Source: the human T2T-CHM13v2.0 reference genome, Homo sapiens. Taken from it: a stretch of 64,000 nt of DNA. The translations under genes and the position numbers were made by a program. Under the pieces are notes generated by a model. That model was not told the origin of the DNA and searched no databases. It saw nothing but the letters and a program-made list of their open reading frames with translations. Positions 27,365-40,779 of the stretch are shown here, piece after piece. The stretch lies in the NCBI RefSeq assembly GCF_009914755.1, contig NC_060929.1; one strand, given 5' to 3'. Position 1 is the stretch's first letter, and every line of letters starts with the position of its first letter.

Positions 27365-27752
27365 ATATAGAAATCTAAGAAGGTCCAGTTCAGAGAAGCA
27401 GAGAACAGAATGGAAGTTACCAGGAGCAGGGGTGGGGGTGTGGGAGTGGGGGGTTGGGGGAGGTGGATGGGGAGATGTTGGTCAAAGGATGCAGCGTTTC
27501 AGTTAAGAGGAATAGATGAAGAGATCTATTGTACAACATGGTAACTATAGTTAGTGTATTGTATACTTGAAAAATTCCTGAGAGTAGATTTAGAGTGTTC
27601 TCATCACAGTGAAATAATAAGTATGTGAGGCAATGCATATGTTAATTAGCTCAATTTAGCCATTCTACAATATATGCATATTTCAAAAGTCATGTTTTAC
27701 ACCATAAAAGTATATACAATTTTTATTTGTCAATTAAAATAAATATTAATAA
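27365..27752 (+). mobile_element. L1MA 3' end
   Basis: gagatgttggtcaaagg...agatctattgtacaacatgg...tatgttaattagctc...ttgtcaattaaaataaa. Confidence 0.8.
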
Positions 27753-27971
27753 GAAGGAAAAAATTAAGGTTTTGGTTAATTTGAAAATGTCAGAAGCTTC
27801 TAGGAAGTATATCGTAAGTGGAAATATGTTATTTACCACTCCTCAGCTGTTAACTGACCACCTTCCCAACGCAACCCTGCTCTGTCTCCTTCCCATGACC
27901 CAAGTTGTAATCCAATCAGGAGAGAATACCTTATTTGGAAACCTACATATGTCCTTTTTTTCTCTGCTTAG

Positions 27972-28019
27972 GTGTTGAAAAGTCTCCTCTAGAGCTTTGG
28001 AAGGCTGAATGCACTAAAC
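27972..28019 (+). other. RAI14: 5' UTR part (48 nt) of the RAI14 first coding exon
   Basis: Polypyrimidine tract and acceptor (gtcctttttttctctgcttag|G) ending at 27971. Confidence 0.9.
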
Positions 28020-28055
28020 ATGAAGAGCTTGAAAGCGAAGTTCAGGAAGAGTGAC
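28020..28055 (+). CDS. RAI14: RAI14 (ankycorbin) first coding exon, CDS part: MKSLKAKFRKSD
   Basis: aaacATG in good context; 12 codons match the N-terminus of human RAI14 as recalled; followed by strong donor GAC|GTGAGT (phase 0). Confidence 0.95.
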
Positions 28056-28810
28056 GTGAGTATGCGGTGACTCACAGTCTGGCTGTTCCTTCTTCTCCAT
28101 GGAGCTGCAGAAACGCTCCTCCCCACCTTGATAAGGCGCTGTTGGGTTAATAAACTACAGACACTCAAGTGCTCTTGGCCCCAGCTCAGGGTAGCTTCTG
28201 TAGATGGCATGCTCTAGGTTCCTTGCTGTTTGTGTGCATAACTTTCAAAAACAATGTTTTTTTATTTTTATTTTTAATTTTGGGGATCTGTGCCTTGTAG
28301 AGAAAGGAACCGTCACATTAAACATCTTCAAAGGAAGAATCAGTAAAAACCTCAACATTTCTAAAGTTGCCAGAAATCCTGATTCAGAATGTCGTTTTTA
28401 GAAGAAGCTAGTCTCTCTCATGCGGGTGGTTTAGGAATGACATATAAGCATGGTTCATCTTTGGCTTTAGGAAACGTGTTCAACTCTCTGTTAAGGGTTT
28501 TGTGGTAAAATGGTATCTACTGCTGCCCGTACCTTTCCTCCCCCCGAATTCCAGGGACTCGTACTCATTTGTTATCTAACCAATCCATAAAAGACTCTGG
28601 ATTGGAGGAAGCAGTTATGATGTCAGAGTTATGAAATAAAGTCTCCCCCAGGAGAAGAGGGAGAAAAACATAGCAGAGGGGTTGTACACGATAATATTTT
28701 TTTAAAAGGTCACCCCATAAACCCTTCTATGATCCCAGTCTTGTATTAGCTGCATTCCAGATACTTTGAGCAGAGTTGTGGAGTGGGAGAAATTAATGGA
28801 AGGGAATTAG

Positions 28811-28822
28811 ATGGAAGCCAAG
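28811..28822 (+). CDS. RAI14: RAI14 alternative first-exon CDS: MEAK
   Basis: ATG GAA GCC AAG|GTATGT, strong phase-0 donor; matches a recalled RAI14 isoform in which MEAK replaces residues 1-12. Confidence 0.8.
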
Positions 28823-29297
28823 GTATGTCACTCTCAAAATGGGCTTGTTCAGCTATCATTTCAGGCGAGGTAATTAAAGATGAACCTGGATTTTATTGCT
28901 TTGCCATGAATTATATTTTGACAGCTTGGCACAGCTGCATTTTTGCAATAAATGGAGGCTGTGTCTTTTATGGCTGATATGTAACTTGCATACCTACTTC
29001 TGGCTGAAGCTTATCTCCTGAGGCTGCATCATGACATGTAACTTACTGCCCTGATAAAACCCAGGCTAGATGAGATGCTTATGGGATGATGGTAAAATAC
29101 CGACCCACTTAAAGAAAGAACTGGGAAGCGTTATGAAAAAAGTTGATCTTACCTTCTTATCCTTTAGGTAAATTAAATAAAACTCATAGAGTGCAAAGAG
29201 ACTTCGACAGAAAACTAGCTGTTGGCCAGAGTGAAAGTCCTGGTCATCCGACTTCCGAGAAACCTCCTTCAACCTCATCGTCTGCTGGCTGTATGTT

Positions 29298-29342
29298 ATG
29301 CAGCCTACATATCTCCCGTGGCTTTCAGCTAAGGAGAAAAAG
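29298..29342 (+). CDS. RAI14: RAI14 alternative N-terminal exon CDS: MQPTYLPWLSAKEKK
   Basis: 15 codons match a recalled RAI14 isoform N-terminus; implies a non-canonical GC donor AAG|GCAATT; candidate acceptor ccttcttatcctttag at 29167. Confidence 0.75.
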
Positions 29343-29929
29343 GCAATTAAATGGAAAATGTTGCCCAATTCAGCAGATAGGGGTTTCTAAATTTTGTGAC
29401 CAGGTTAACAAATGTCTTTTTCTATTCCAAGGGAATCTAGGTAGCTTTCATTTACATAGGTTAAGATTATTTTTAGCAAAATTTCATCAGTCTAGACTTC
29501 CATATATATATGAACAGGGGCCCAGAGGAATGATAGGCACATAAACTTTTGGTTTAAAAATCAAAAACTGGTGGCAGTAGGGAGGGTGTTGCTGGAATCT
29601 AGTTAGAAAAACTGAAATATTTCCATGATTTAAAAAAATCCACTGTAATAACACTAGTAAAAGCTCTGGGATTTGGCAGCAGAAAAGGCTATGATTTTGG
29701 CAGTTAGTGCTAAGAGAAGAAATGTTGAGAAGCAGACCTGGGGGAGGAGAGCCTGGGGAGGAGGAAATTGGTATAATGGAGCCCAACAATTTCAAATGGC
29801 TCTCCACATCCAAATTGTTTCCCCAAGCACAGAACCGTACAGCTAAATGGAGGGAATAAAAAATGACAACAACAACAAAAACATTTCAAAGCCTAGTTTG
29901 TTAATCAACCATATGATAATAATGCTAAT

Positions 29930-30160
29930 AATAATTAACCATTAGGAAGTATTAACCAAATGTCCAGAGGTATACTAAGCTTTTCATGTGAAATTCATTT
30001 AATCTTGCCACAAATCTTATGTGGTGGGTATTACTATTAAGCTCATTTTACAGACGAAGAAACTAAGGCCTTAGGGACATGGAGTCATTTGTCTGGGTTC
30101 TTAGAACTTTACGTTCTAGAACCAGTTTTTGCACTAAGGCAGTCTGATTCAAGAGCCCAT
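29930..30160 (-). mobile_element. MIR
   Basis: cattttacagacgaagaaactaaggc. Confidence 0.65.
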
Positions 30161-30216
30161 GTTTCCTGAAAGAGGAATTTTGGGTGGAAAGTCTATTTTA
30201 AGAAACTAGGCAATCT

Positions 30217-30536
<320 letters not shown>

Positions 30537-30684
30537 TTAAAAGCGACTTAAACTCGGACCTAGGTTTGTGGCTCTGGACAAGTCTCTTACTCTTCTGAAC
30601 CTCAGATTCCTCACTAGAAAAGTGGAGGAAATGATATTAGCCCCGTAAGACTGGGGTGACAGTTAAATGCATTAAATGAATGTT

Positions 30685-31001
30685 GGCCGGGTGTGGTGAC
30701 TCACACCTGTAATCCCAGCTACTTGGGAGGCTGAGGCAGAAGGATCACCTGAGGTTGAGAGTTTGAGACCACCCTGGCCAACATGGAGAAACCCCGTCTG
30801 TACTAAAAATACAAAATTAGCTGGGTGTGGTGGCGCATGCCTGTAATCCCAGCTACTTGGGAGGCTGAGGCAGGAGAATAGCTTGAACCCAGAAGGCGGA
30901 GGTTGTGGTGAGCAAGAGATCACGCCATTGCACTCCAGCCTGGGCAACAAGAGTGAAACTCCATCTCAAAACAAAACAAAACAAAAAAACAAACAAAAAA
31001 A
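30685..31001 (+). mobile_element. AluSp/Sq-like with (AAAAC)n tail, inserted in MIR
   Basis: caacatggagaaaccc; ggcaacaagagtgaaact. Confidence 0.9.
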
Positions 31002-32254
31002 GAATGTCAAAAATCTTATGGCCTGGTGCTCAGGAGATGCTTAGTAAATATTTGTTTCTTCCTCCTAATTAGCAACCCGTAATAAAAAGTAGGATTCAAA
31101 AAGTTTACACGGTCTGGAGGGTAGAATACTCTGGTAACAGTTGCTGCTGCCGAACAGGGAAACTGAGAGCTGGGGAAGAGAGGCTTGTTTTTCAATGTAT
31201 GCCTTTGATTTTGAAGTTTTTGATACACGTACATGTATATCATGCATATATATGTATTGTTAAGGAAAAGCAAGCTTACAAACATTTACATTCAGTTGAA
31301 TGAAGCAAATTATAATTTTTTTTTAACCTGAAATGTGTGGTCTGTCTCAAAATATTTTAAACCATTGGGCATCATATTCCTGCTTGTCTTTGTGTGAGGG
31401 AAAAGGAAGAAGAAAGGATTCTTTGTATTTCTGGGGGGTAGGAAGAAGATAATAGCAGATCAGGTTCTCGCGCTTGCATAAAGAAGACAGGTGACCCACT
31501 GGTGTGATCGCATTTCAGCCAGCCTGTGTCTGGGAGGTCTGTGGCCAAATTGGTTTGTGGCCACTGTGAGCAAAACCCAGGAGTAAACATAGGATGAAAG
31601 TGGCCCAAGGGGGCCTCCTATGGATGGCCTTCAGGTCACTCTGTGACCCCAGAACCATCACTTGGGTAAAGATTGAATGGGAGTGTCCTTTCCGGAAGAC
31701 TTGACAACTGGCACTGTGTCAAAGGCAGATGTGAGTTTGGTAGGGAATGAGCCTGACTCTGCGGGCTGTGGTTAGACAGTGACATTGTCCGGTGGTTTTG
31801 ATTCTTAAATCTATTTGGGACCCTGCAGGTAACCCACAGAGAATAAACAGCATTATGGAATTTCTATGGTGGATAACCTTTTTTACTTCGCATTTATAAC
31901 TTTATTTTGGGAGTTCTTAAACTTGAGTTGTTAGATAGTAGATAGGATACAGGAGAAATGCAAATATGGTTGTTGTCTTCAAAAGGTTGATAAACCTCGG
32001 TGGGAGGAGAAAAAAACATATAGGAAATAACTAGAGCAAAATACAAGCAGTATAGAATATAGATACTCAAGGTATCTTTAAGATGATATAGCTAACTAGT
32101 TGTTAAGTTGTAAGGCCTGGTGATAAATGCTGCAGATTTTGAGATGGCTGAATCACTGGGAATGGGAGAATTTGGGGAGCTTTATGGAGGTGGAGCTTCA
32201 TGCAGGCCTTGAGGGATAGGTAGGAGTTGGAAGGATGGTTGGGAAGAGGGGGAA

Positions 32255-32268
32255 AGGTCAGAAGGTCA
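32255..32268 (+). promoter_or_regulatory. Perfect DR2 nuclear-receptor element AGGTCA-GA-AGGTCA
   Basis: Motif read directly; not Alu-derived; function untested. Confidence 0.35.
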
Positions 32269-32977
32269 ATCAGGGGAGACAGCTTGCAGCACAGCGGGTT
32301 AACTCAGTCTCAAAAATGGCCCTTGACATAGAAAATAGTAATATTAATAGTTCAGGAGCCCAGGAGAGTACCTGTGGCATGGCCCTGAGTATTTAAAGAA
32401 GAATACTATATAAAGTTTTCATCCTAGTTTTAAAAATGGATAGATTGACTTTTATGCTTATTAAGCGAGGGCAGAGTTCTCAGTCATCATTATTTGTATC
32501 TTTTATGACCATAGCTTGAAAAAGTGGCTTCTTTACCTCTTTAAATATTTGCAGCAGCTAGTATGTGGTTCCACATGGAAAAATGAGCTGTCATCATGAA
32601 AAATGAGGCCAAAAAGGCTGGGATTTCCCTTTGCTAATAAAATGCTCAGGCTTCTGGAATTTCTTTGTAGATGCCAATTTTTAGTGACTTGAGTGAAATG
32701 GGTGGAGGTTGAGGGATGGGAAATGGGGTTGAAAGATCTTTGTAACACATCTTGAGAAATGCCACTCAAACGTGATCGAGGGCTTCACGGTTTACTTTGA
32801 GGGTGTGTGCTTAATTTTACGAAAGATTTATTCCCAATTATATATTTCATTGTAATAGGGAAGTAGCGGACATTCCATTAAAAAAATCAAAACAGCCAGT
32901 TTAAAGTGACAGTCTCCATGAGAGATTAAATTGATGGTATACCTTTACATAGCATCTACTAACTACTGTAGCTTTCA

Positions 32978-33378
<401 letters not shown>

Positions 33379-33540
33379 GATAACAGCTCTCATGAGGATC
33401 AACAACCAACTCTACCAACGTATTTTTTTCAAGGAGTTTTTAGTCATTTATAATAAGTTTTTACAATTGCTCACTCCTCCTTTCGTCACCACACACACAT
33501 GCACATACACACAATGGGAGTATTTAAAATCCAAGTCTCT

Positions 33541-33644
33541 GGCGTGAACCTGGGAAGCGGAGCTTGCAGTGAGCCGAGATCACGCCACTGCACTCCAGCC
33601 TGGGCGACAGAGCGAGACTCCATCTCAAAAAATATAAAATAAAA
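33541..33644 (+). mobile_element. AluY, heavily 5' truncated
   Basis: ggcgtgaacc...gcggagcttgcagtgagccg; perfect 16-bp TSD taaaatccaagtctct. Confidence 0.92.
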
Positions 33645-33883
33645 TAAAATCCAAGTCTCTCTGTAGACATAGGAACTATGGCCAAATCTATTTTAAGCTA
33701 AGCCTTTTTTTTTTTTAATAGACATAATTTTAAAAAAATCAGCAATGACCCCACTGGGTGGAGGTAGGAGACTTTACTAAAGTTCTAGAGAGAAATTTGG
33801 TCAAATTTGTGCCGTGCTACGTATTTTCTAGGTCTTTTCAGCCTGATTTAAATGGAGAATCTGCTCACTGCCTGATTTTGCCT

Positions 33884-34342
33884 GGTATTAGTTTGCTAGG
33901 ACTGCCATAACAAAGGGTACCACAAACCAGGTGGCTGAAACTAAAGAAATGTATTGTCTCAGAGTTTGGGAGGCTAGAAGCCCAAGATCCAGGTACTGGC
34001 ACGGTTGGTTCCTTGTGAGGGCTGCGAGGGCGAATCTGTTCCATGCTCTGACCTAGATTCTGGTGGTTGGCTGGCAGTGTTTTTGGCTTGCAGAAGCCTT
34101 GCCCCGATCTCTGCTTTCATCTTCATGTGGCATTCTCCCTCTGTGCATGTGTCTGTGCCCAGATTCCTCCTTTACATAAAGACGCCACTCATACTGGATT
34201 AGGGCTCGCTATAATGACCTCATTTTAGCTTGATTACCTCTGTGAAAACCCTATCTCCAAATAAGGTCACCTTCTGAGGTTAGGGGGAGAATTAGGACTC
34301 CAACGTATGAATTTTTGGGAGGACACAAGTCAACCCTTAACA
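33884..34342 (-). mobile_element. MLT1C-like MaLR solo LTR
   Basis: tattagtttgctaggactgccataacaaa...ccaaataaggtcacc...ggacacaagtcaaccc. Confidence 0.8.
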
Positions 34343-34569
34343 CAACTCCATGCCCTTCCATCCTAGAACAGTTACACTGAAGCCCTGGCATCCCCCCACT
34401 GAGCTGGCACTGTCATAGACCTTAGCTCCACTGTTCATCCTTGGGACTGTTTTCAGCATCTAAGAGAGTGAGGCTGGAGCATCACAGTTTTTCAGTGGGT
34501 GCCACTGCATAATATTAATAGCAAGAGTGAACACGTATGGATGGCTGACCTTCTATTACAGGAATAAGG

Positions 34570-34790
34570 AGTTCTCATGTACTGAATGCTCACTAGGTGC
34601 CAGGCACTGTGCCAAGCCCCTTTGCATGCTCTTTGTCATTTAATGCTTACAAAACTCTATCCAGTAAAGACCATTGCTACAATGCATTTGATAGAGGAAG
34701 AAATGAATGTTGAGGACAGGTAAGTAACTTGGCCAAAGTCGCACATTTGGTAAATAACAGAGAGATGGTAACTCTCCTGGTTTTTCTGGA
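34570..34790 (-). mobile_element. MIR
   Basis: gtgccaggcactgtgcc...tttaatgcttacaaaactctat...aggtaagtaacttggccaaagtc. Confidence 0.65.
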
Positions 34791-35994
34791 TGGGAGAGTG
34801 TCGCATGCTGTCAACCGCAGCACACGCTTGCTAACAAGTTGCTGGTTCCTAAATTGTGAAGCTTCAAACTGCATAAAATAGATGTTACACTGTTGCTCTA
34901 AGCTTAAATAAGACCTCCACAGTGATTTTACATCACCACAAGTCCATCCATAGTGGCAAAGCTCACCAATGTCAGCATTATTCCTCCTGTGACAGGGCAA
35001 GATTCTTTGTTTCCTGAGAGCCAAATGCATTTCATTTCTGAAGGGAGGAAGAACAGATGCTGCTTCTGCTCTTCCAGTGGTGCCAGTAAAACATCTCTGT
35101 CTACGTGGAGCTCCACTGTGGGCTAAATGGGTCATAGCTTTATTCTATTTACCCCAGACCATAATTCTCAGTTAAACACAATACTTTTCCAGCTAGAAAC
35201 CAATATGAAACCGAGGGCCTGGCCCTTAAACTTGGGGAAATCTCCTAGTCTACACAAGCAATGAGTCATTTAGACCATTATCTCTTACATCTTTATTCTG
35301 CATTAATTACCTGATCATTTTAAATGAAGGCTGTTGTTGTCCTACATGTTTTTAGTTTGACAAATTCTTCTATGAACTTCTCCTTGGGACTGAAACAGAA
35401 ATTGCTTCTGAATCAGCCTGTGGATATTTTCAGTTGAGTTTCTACTTAAAGATCTTTGCTGTGTGGAGGTGGTTATTTTCAACTATATGGCAATACAGGG
35501 GCCAGCGTTGGCCAAAGGCTCAGTATGTCCATAAAGATGAGGTTAGTGACTAGACTTGGCTTTCTTTTTGTTTGAGTCCCTCCCTCCTTTTAAAAAAGGA
35601 AAGTCAGTGTGTCCTGGTCAACTTGATTATTCAACTATTAGAGTAGTTTTTATTGTATTCATGAAAATGCTTTCACTTTTTGGGAAGCACTGCCTGAAAG
35701 GATTTCATTTTTATTTTCTTAGGAGGCTGAATGATCTGATGGTCTCTAGCTGGCTCCTGCCTCCTGGGCTGCCCAGTAGGCTGGTTAGCTGGAAAGTGTA
35801 GAGGTTTATAACGTAAGAATAGAACAAGAAAAAGTTTAAGGAATCACATATTCTCCTTGGATATGTTTGTTCTAAGATGTATTTCCCAATGCTGAGAATG
35901 TTTCTGTAGCAACTTTTCAGATTTAGGCTATGGTTTTGGAAGGGGTTTTGATGAGATTCAATGTGAACTCATGAGTCTTTTCATTTTGTCTGGG

Positions 35995-36292
35995 TGTGTG
36001 TATGTGTGTGTGACAGAGTCTCGCTCTGTCACCCAGGCTGGAGTGCAATGGTGTGATCTCAGCTCACTGCAGCCTCTGCCTCTGGAGTTCAAGTGATTCT
36101 CTTGCCTCAGCCTTCTGAGTAGCTGTGATCACAGGCGTGTGCCACCATACCCGGCTGATTTTTTGTATTTTTAGTAGAGAGAGGGTTTCGCCATGTTGCC
36201 CAGGCTGGTCCTGAACTCCTGACCTCAGGTGATTTGCCTGCCTTGGCCTCCCAAATTGCTGGAATTATAGGTGTGAGCCACCGTGCCTGGCC
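35995..36292 (-). mobile_element. AluS with (TG)n-converted tail
   Basis: Antisense Alu. Confidence 0.9.
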
Positions 36293-36544
36293 TGTTCATT
36301 CTTTGAAGGGTTGCTTCATAACTGAGAAGCTGCAGGGTCCTTCTGTGAGGTCCCAATGGGTGTACTAATTAGGTATATGATAAGCTGTAATAACAAAATA
36401 CCCTATACAGTAGTTCTAACAAGGTAGAAGTTGTTTTCTTCTGAAGTAAATGTTTAAAATAGTCTAAGAGCCAGTGGGGCAGCTCTGCTCCATAGATTAA
36501 CCCAGGAACCCCAGCCTTTCTCTGGCGTCCTCTGTTACCCTCTA

Positions 36545-36847
36545 GAGCTGCTCTGTGCAGTGTGCTAGCCACTGCCCACATGTGGCTCTTGAGCATTTGA
36601 AATGTGCTAGTCCAAACTGAGGTGTATACTGTAGGTGTAAAATACACACTAAATTTCAAAGACATTGTACCAAAGAAAGACTGTGAAATATCATAATAAT
36701 TTTTTATAATTACACACTGACATGCTACTATTCAGGACATAATTGGATTAAATGAATAGAATAAAATTTATTTCACCTGTTTCTATTTACTTTTTTAATG
36801 TGGCTACTAGAAACTTTAAAATCACATAAGTCTTTGGACAGTGCTGC
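36545..36847. mobile_element. MER33 hAT-Charlie element
   Basis: ccacatgtggctcttgagcatttgaaatgtgctagtcc...gtaaaatacacac...ttggacagtgctg. Confidence 0.8.
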
Positions 36848-36891
36848 TCTAAGAACCAGAAAGAAGGAAAGTGAAAGTAAAGCAGAAGCAC

Positions 36892-37529
<638 letters not shown>

Positions 37530-37941
37530 GCATTTTACTTTTTAAAGGATGTGAAACTGAAGGTGCACAAATCATTGCCCTCACAGGGAACTGGTTAGAG
37601 CTTGCCCCAACCTAGCTGCAAGGAAGGCAGGAAAACATATTCTCTTGCTGGCAGCCTCGAAACCAGTTAAGCCTCAAGGGAAAGGGGAGAATGGATACTG
37701 GGGATGATTGACTCAGCCACAGGCAGTTTCCACAGAAGGTCTTGTTTGAGACTTGGATGATAAAGGTGTGCACAAATGTTCTTAAACCTTAGTGACTTTT
37801 ACAGTTTTGACTCTTTTTACGCCAGAAGTTAACTATTGATGGCTGCTTTCCCAGGACCCATTGTCCTATTGGTAGAAGTCTGTTGCAGCATGCTGCTGTA
37901 GGTGAAGTTAAATGCTTTTCAGTGTTAGAAATGGAAACTGC

Positions 37942-38698
<757 letters not shown>

Positions 38699-38889
38699 TT
38701 ACCGTCATAATCTTGAGGTTGCTTACACAGATAGGGACTATCATGACCTGATCTCACAGCTTCATTGAAAAGTTTGGGAATGGTGTCAGCCTGTAAGTTT
38801 ATGTTATAAGCTTAGCTTTAAGTTACTCTTTAAAGCAGTGTATTCAGTCAATATGTAATTTATAAAATTGTGCAATATGAGGATTCTTC

Positions 38890-39130
38890 ATTATATTGAT
38901 TAGTTTAATCTGAACCTACATGACATCTGACTCTCAAATTTTAGGCCTAGAATTCTGAGCAAAACTTTAGAACAAATCTAAAAGAATATTAAAAATGGTA
39001 GAATGTCCACTTCCTAGACATGTAACTTTATTAATATAACCTGTGATCTTATTCACATTTTTGGTTGCCATATTGTCCTTTTGGTTCATATTGGGTTTAT
39101 TGCTGATTCTTTTCTCCCAGTGTTGCTTGT
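38890..39130 (-). mobile_element. Possible L3/CR1 remnant
   Basis: ttattaatataacctgtgatcttattcacatttttggttgccatattg...ttcatattg resembles CR1. Confidence 0.4.
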
Positions 39131-39135
39131 AAAGC

Positions 39136-39325
39136 CTCCCTTCCCCACCCCTCCCCTTTCTCCCTCCCTTTCCTCCTCCCCTCCTCCCCTTCCCTCCCTT
39201 TCTCCCCCCTCCCCTCCCCCTCCCCTCCCCCCTCCCCTCTCTGCCTCCCTTCCTCCCTCCCCTCCCCTCCTCCCTTCCCCTCCTCCCTTCCCTCTCTCCC
39301 TTCCCCTCCATCTCCTCCCCTCCCT
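39136..39325. repeat. C/T polypyrimidine low-complexity tract
   Basis: About 190 nt nearly pure C/T. Confidence 0.95.
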
Positions 39326-40384
39326 TTAGTTTTCTCACCTGTAAACTGAGGCTGAGGCCAGCACTTCCCTTTAAAGCATCATCATGAGGATTAGGATAAA
39401 ATCTGGCACAAAGAAACTTCTCAATAAATGGCAGCTGCTGATATTGGTTACCCCTGGTGCCTAGCACAGTGCCTGGCATTTGTAGTACCTAAAATTGTGT
39501 GTGTGATGGATGAATGGTCTCAAAACGTCCCATCTAGTTAAGGTCTTATGACTGACACACATGAAACAATTAAGGCAGTGCCAGGTTTGTGCCATTCACA
39601 GTGACTCTGGTGTGTGGCCATTCAACATCGCAGGAGTTTAGAGAAGACTTCATAGAAGGTGAGTTAGGGGCTGAGCCATCACGATTGGGTAGGTTGGGAT
39701 TAACAGAGGAAACCAGTACTAATGAGTAGAGGTGGGGTGAAGAGACTCTAATGGAGAAGGATATATACATGGGCAAATAACAGAAAATCAAGTGTGATGG
39801 GAGGTATGGGCCTCTCTATACGTCATTGAAAGCCTGGAATGGGTGGGGTGGGTGAAATAGAAGAATGAGGTTTCAAGTTGATTACATTTTCACTGTAGGA
39901 TGATTTGGGGTTTTGAGAGACCGTAACCAGAAAAGGGGGCCAGGACTAGGGCCAGGGCTAGGCTGGTGGCTGCTGTGGGGCAAGAACGACGGGATTTGAG
40001 TGTGCGTGGGGATGAAGAGCAAGCAGGGAGGGAGCCTAGATTCCCTGCTGATACACCAAGGAAAGTCTCTCCCTTGCACTGCCACACCCTGTCCTGCCGT
40101 GCCAGCCAAGTGTGAGTGCCCCTCATCTCCTGAGAAATCTGGCGTGGCCTTAGCATTTCATTAGGCAACTTGGTGGGAAGACACACTAGAAAACATGAAA
40201 GGTGAGATCTCTTTGATTAAACAAGAATGTTTGGGTACAACTATTTACCACTAAAATACACTTAGCTACTAGGCATCATTCTAAGCAACTTAACAAACTG
40301 TGATTTATTTATACCTCTCATTAGAGAAGTGCTGTATGTATTCCCAGTTTACAGATGAGAAAACTGCAACATGGTATCTTGCTA

Positions 40385-40779
40385 TGTTGGTTTCCAAAAG
40401 TGGCTGTAACAAAGTACCCTAAAGGGAGTGGCTTAAACCAGAGGTCAGCAGCCTCAGCTCCTTCTGGGGCTGTGAGGAAGAATCAGCCGTGTCTCTCCCC
40501 AGCTTCTGGTGGTTTGCTGGCAATCTTTGGTGTTTCTTGGCTTATAGGAGCATCATCCTGATCTCTGCCTCATCTTTGTATAGCGTTTTCCCTGTTTGCA
40601 TGTTTGTTACCAAATTTCCCCTTTAATAAGGACCTCAGTTGTATGGGAGTAGGGGCCCACCTTATTCTTAACTAATTACAGCTGCAGTCCCCCTATTTCT
40701 AAACAAGGTTACATTCTGAGACATTGGGGGTTAGGGCTTCAACATATGGATTTTGGGGGAAACACGATTCAGCCATAAC
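40385..40779 (-). mobile_element. MLT1C-like MaLR LTR with deletion
   Basis: gctgtaacaaagtacc...ccagcttctggtggtttgctggcaatctttgg...acacgattcagccataac. Confidence 0.75.

Noticed and set aside
29143-29544. 133-aa ORF over the MQPT exon
   Set aside because: Different frame from the recognised peptide and begins at TTG
34677-35135. 152-aa minus-strand ORF
   Set aside because: Runs into a MIR; no recognisable domain or splice structure
38967-39479. 170-aa Gly/Arg/Glu-rich ORF
   Set aside because: Stop-free only because of the purine tract; flanks are MIR, L2 and probable L3 remnants
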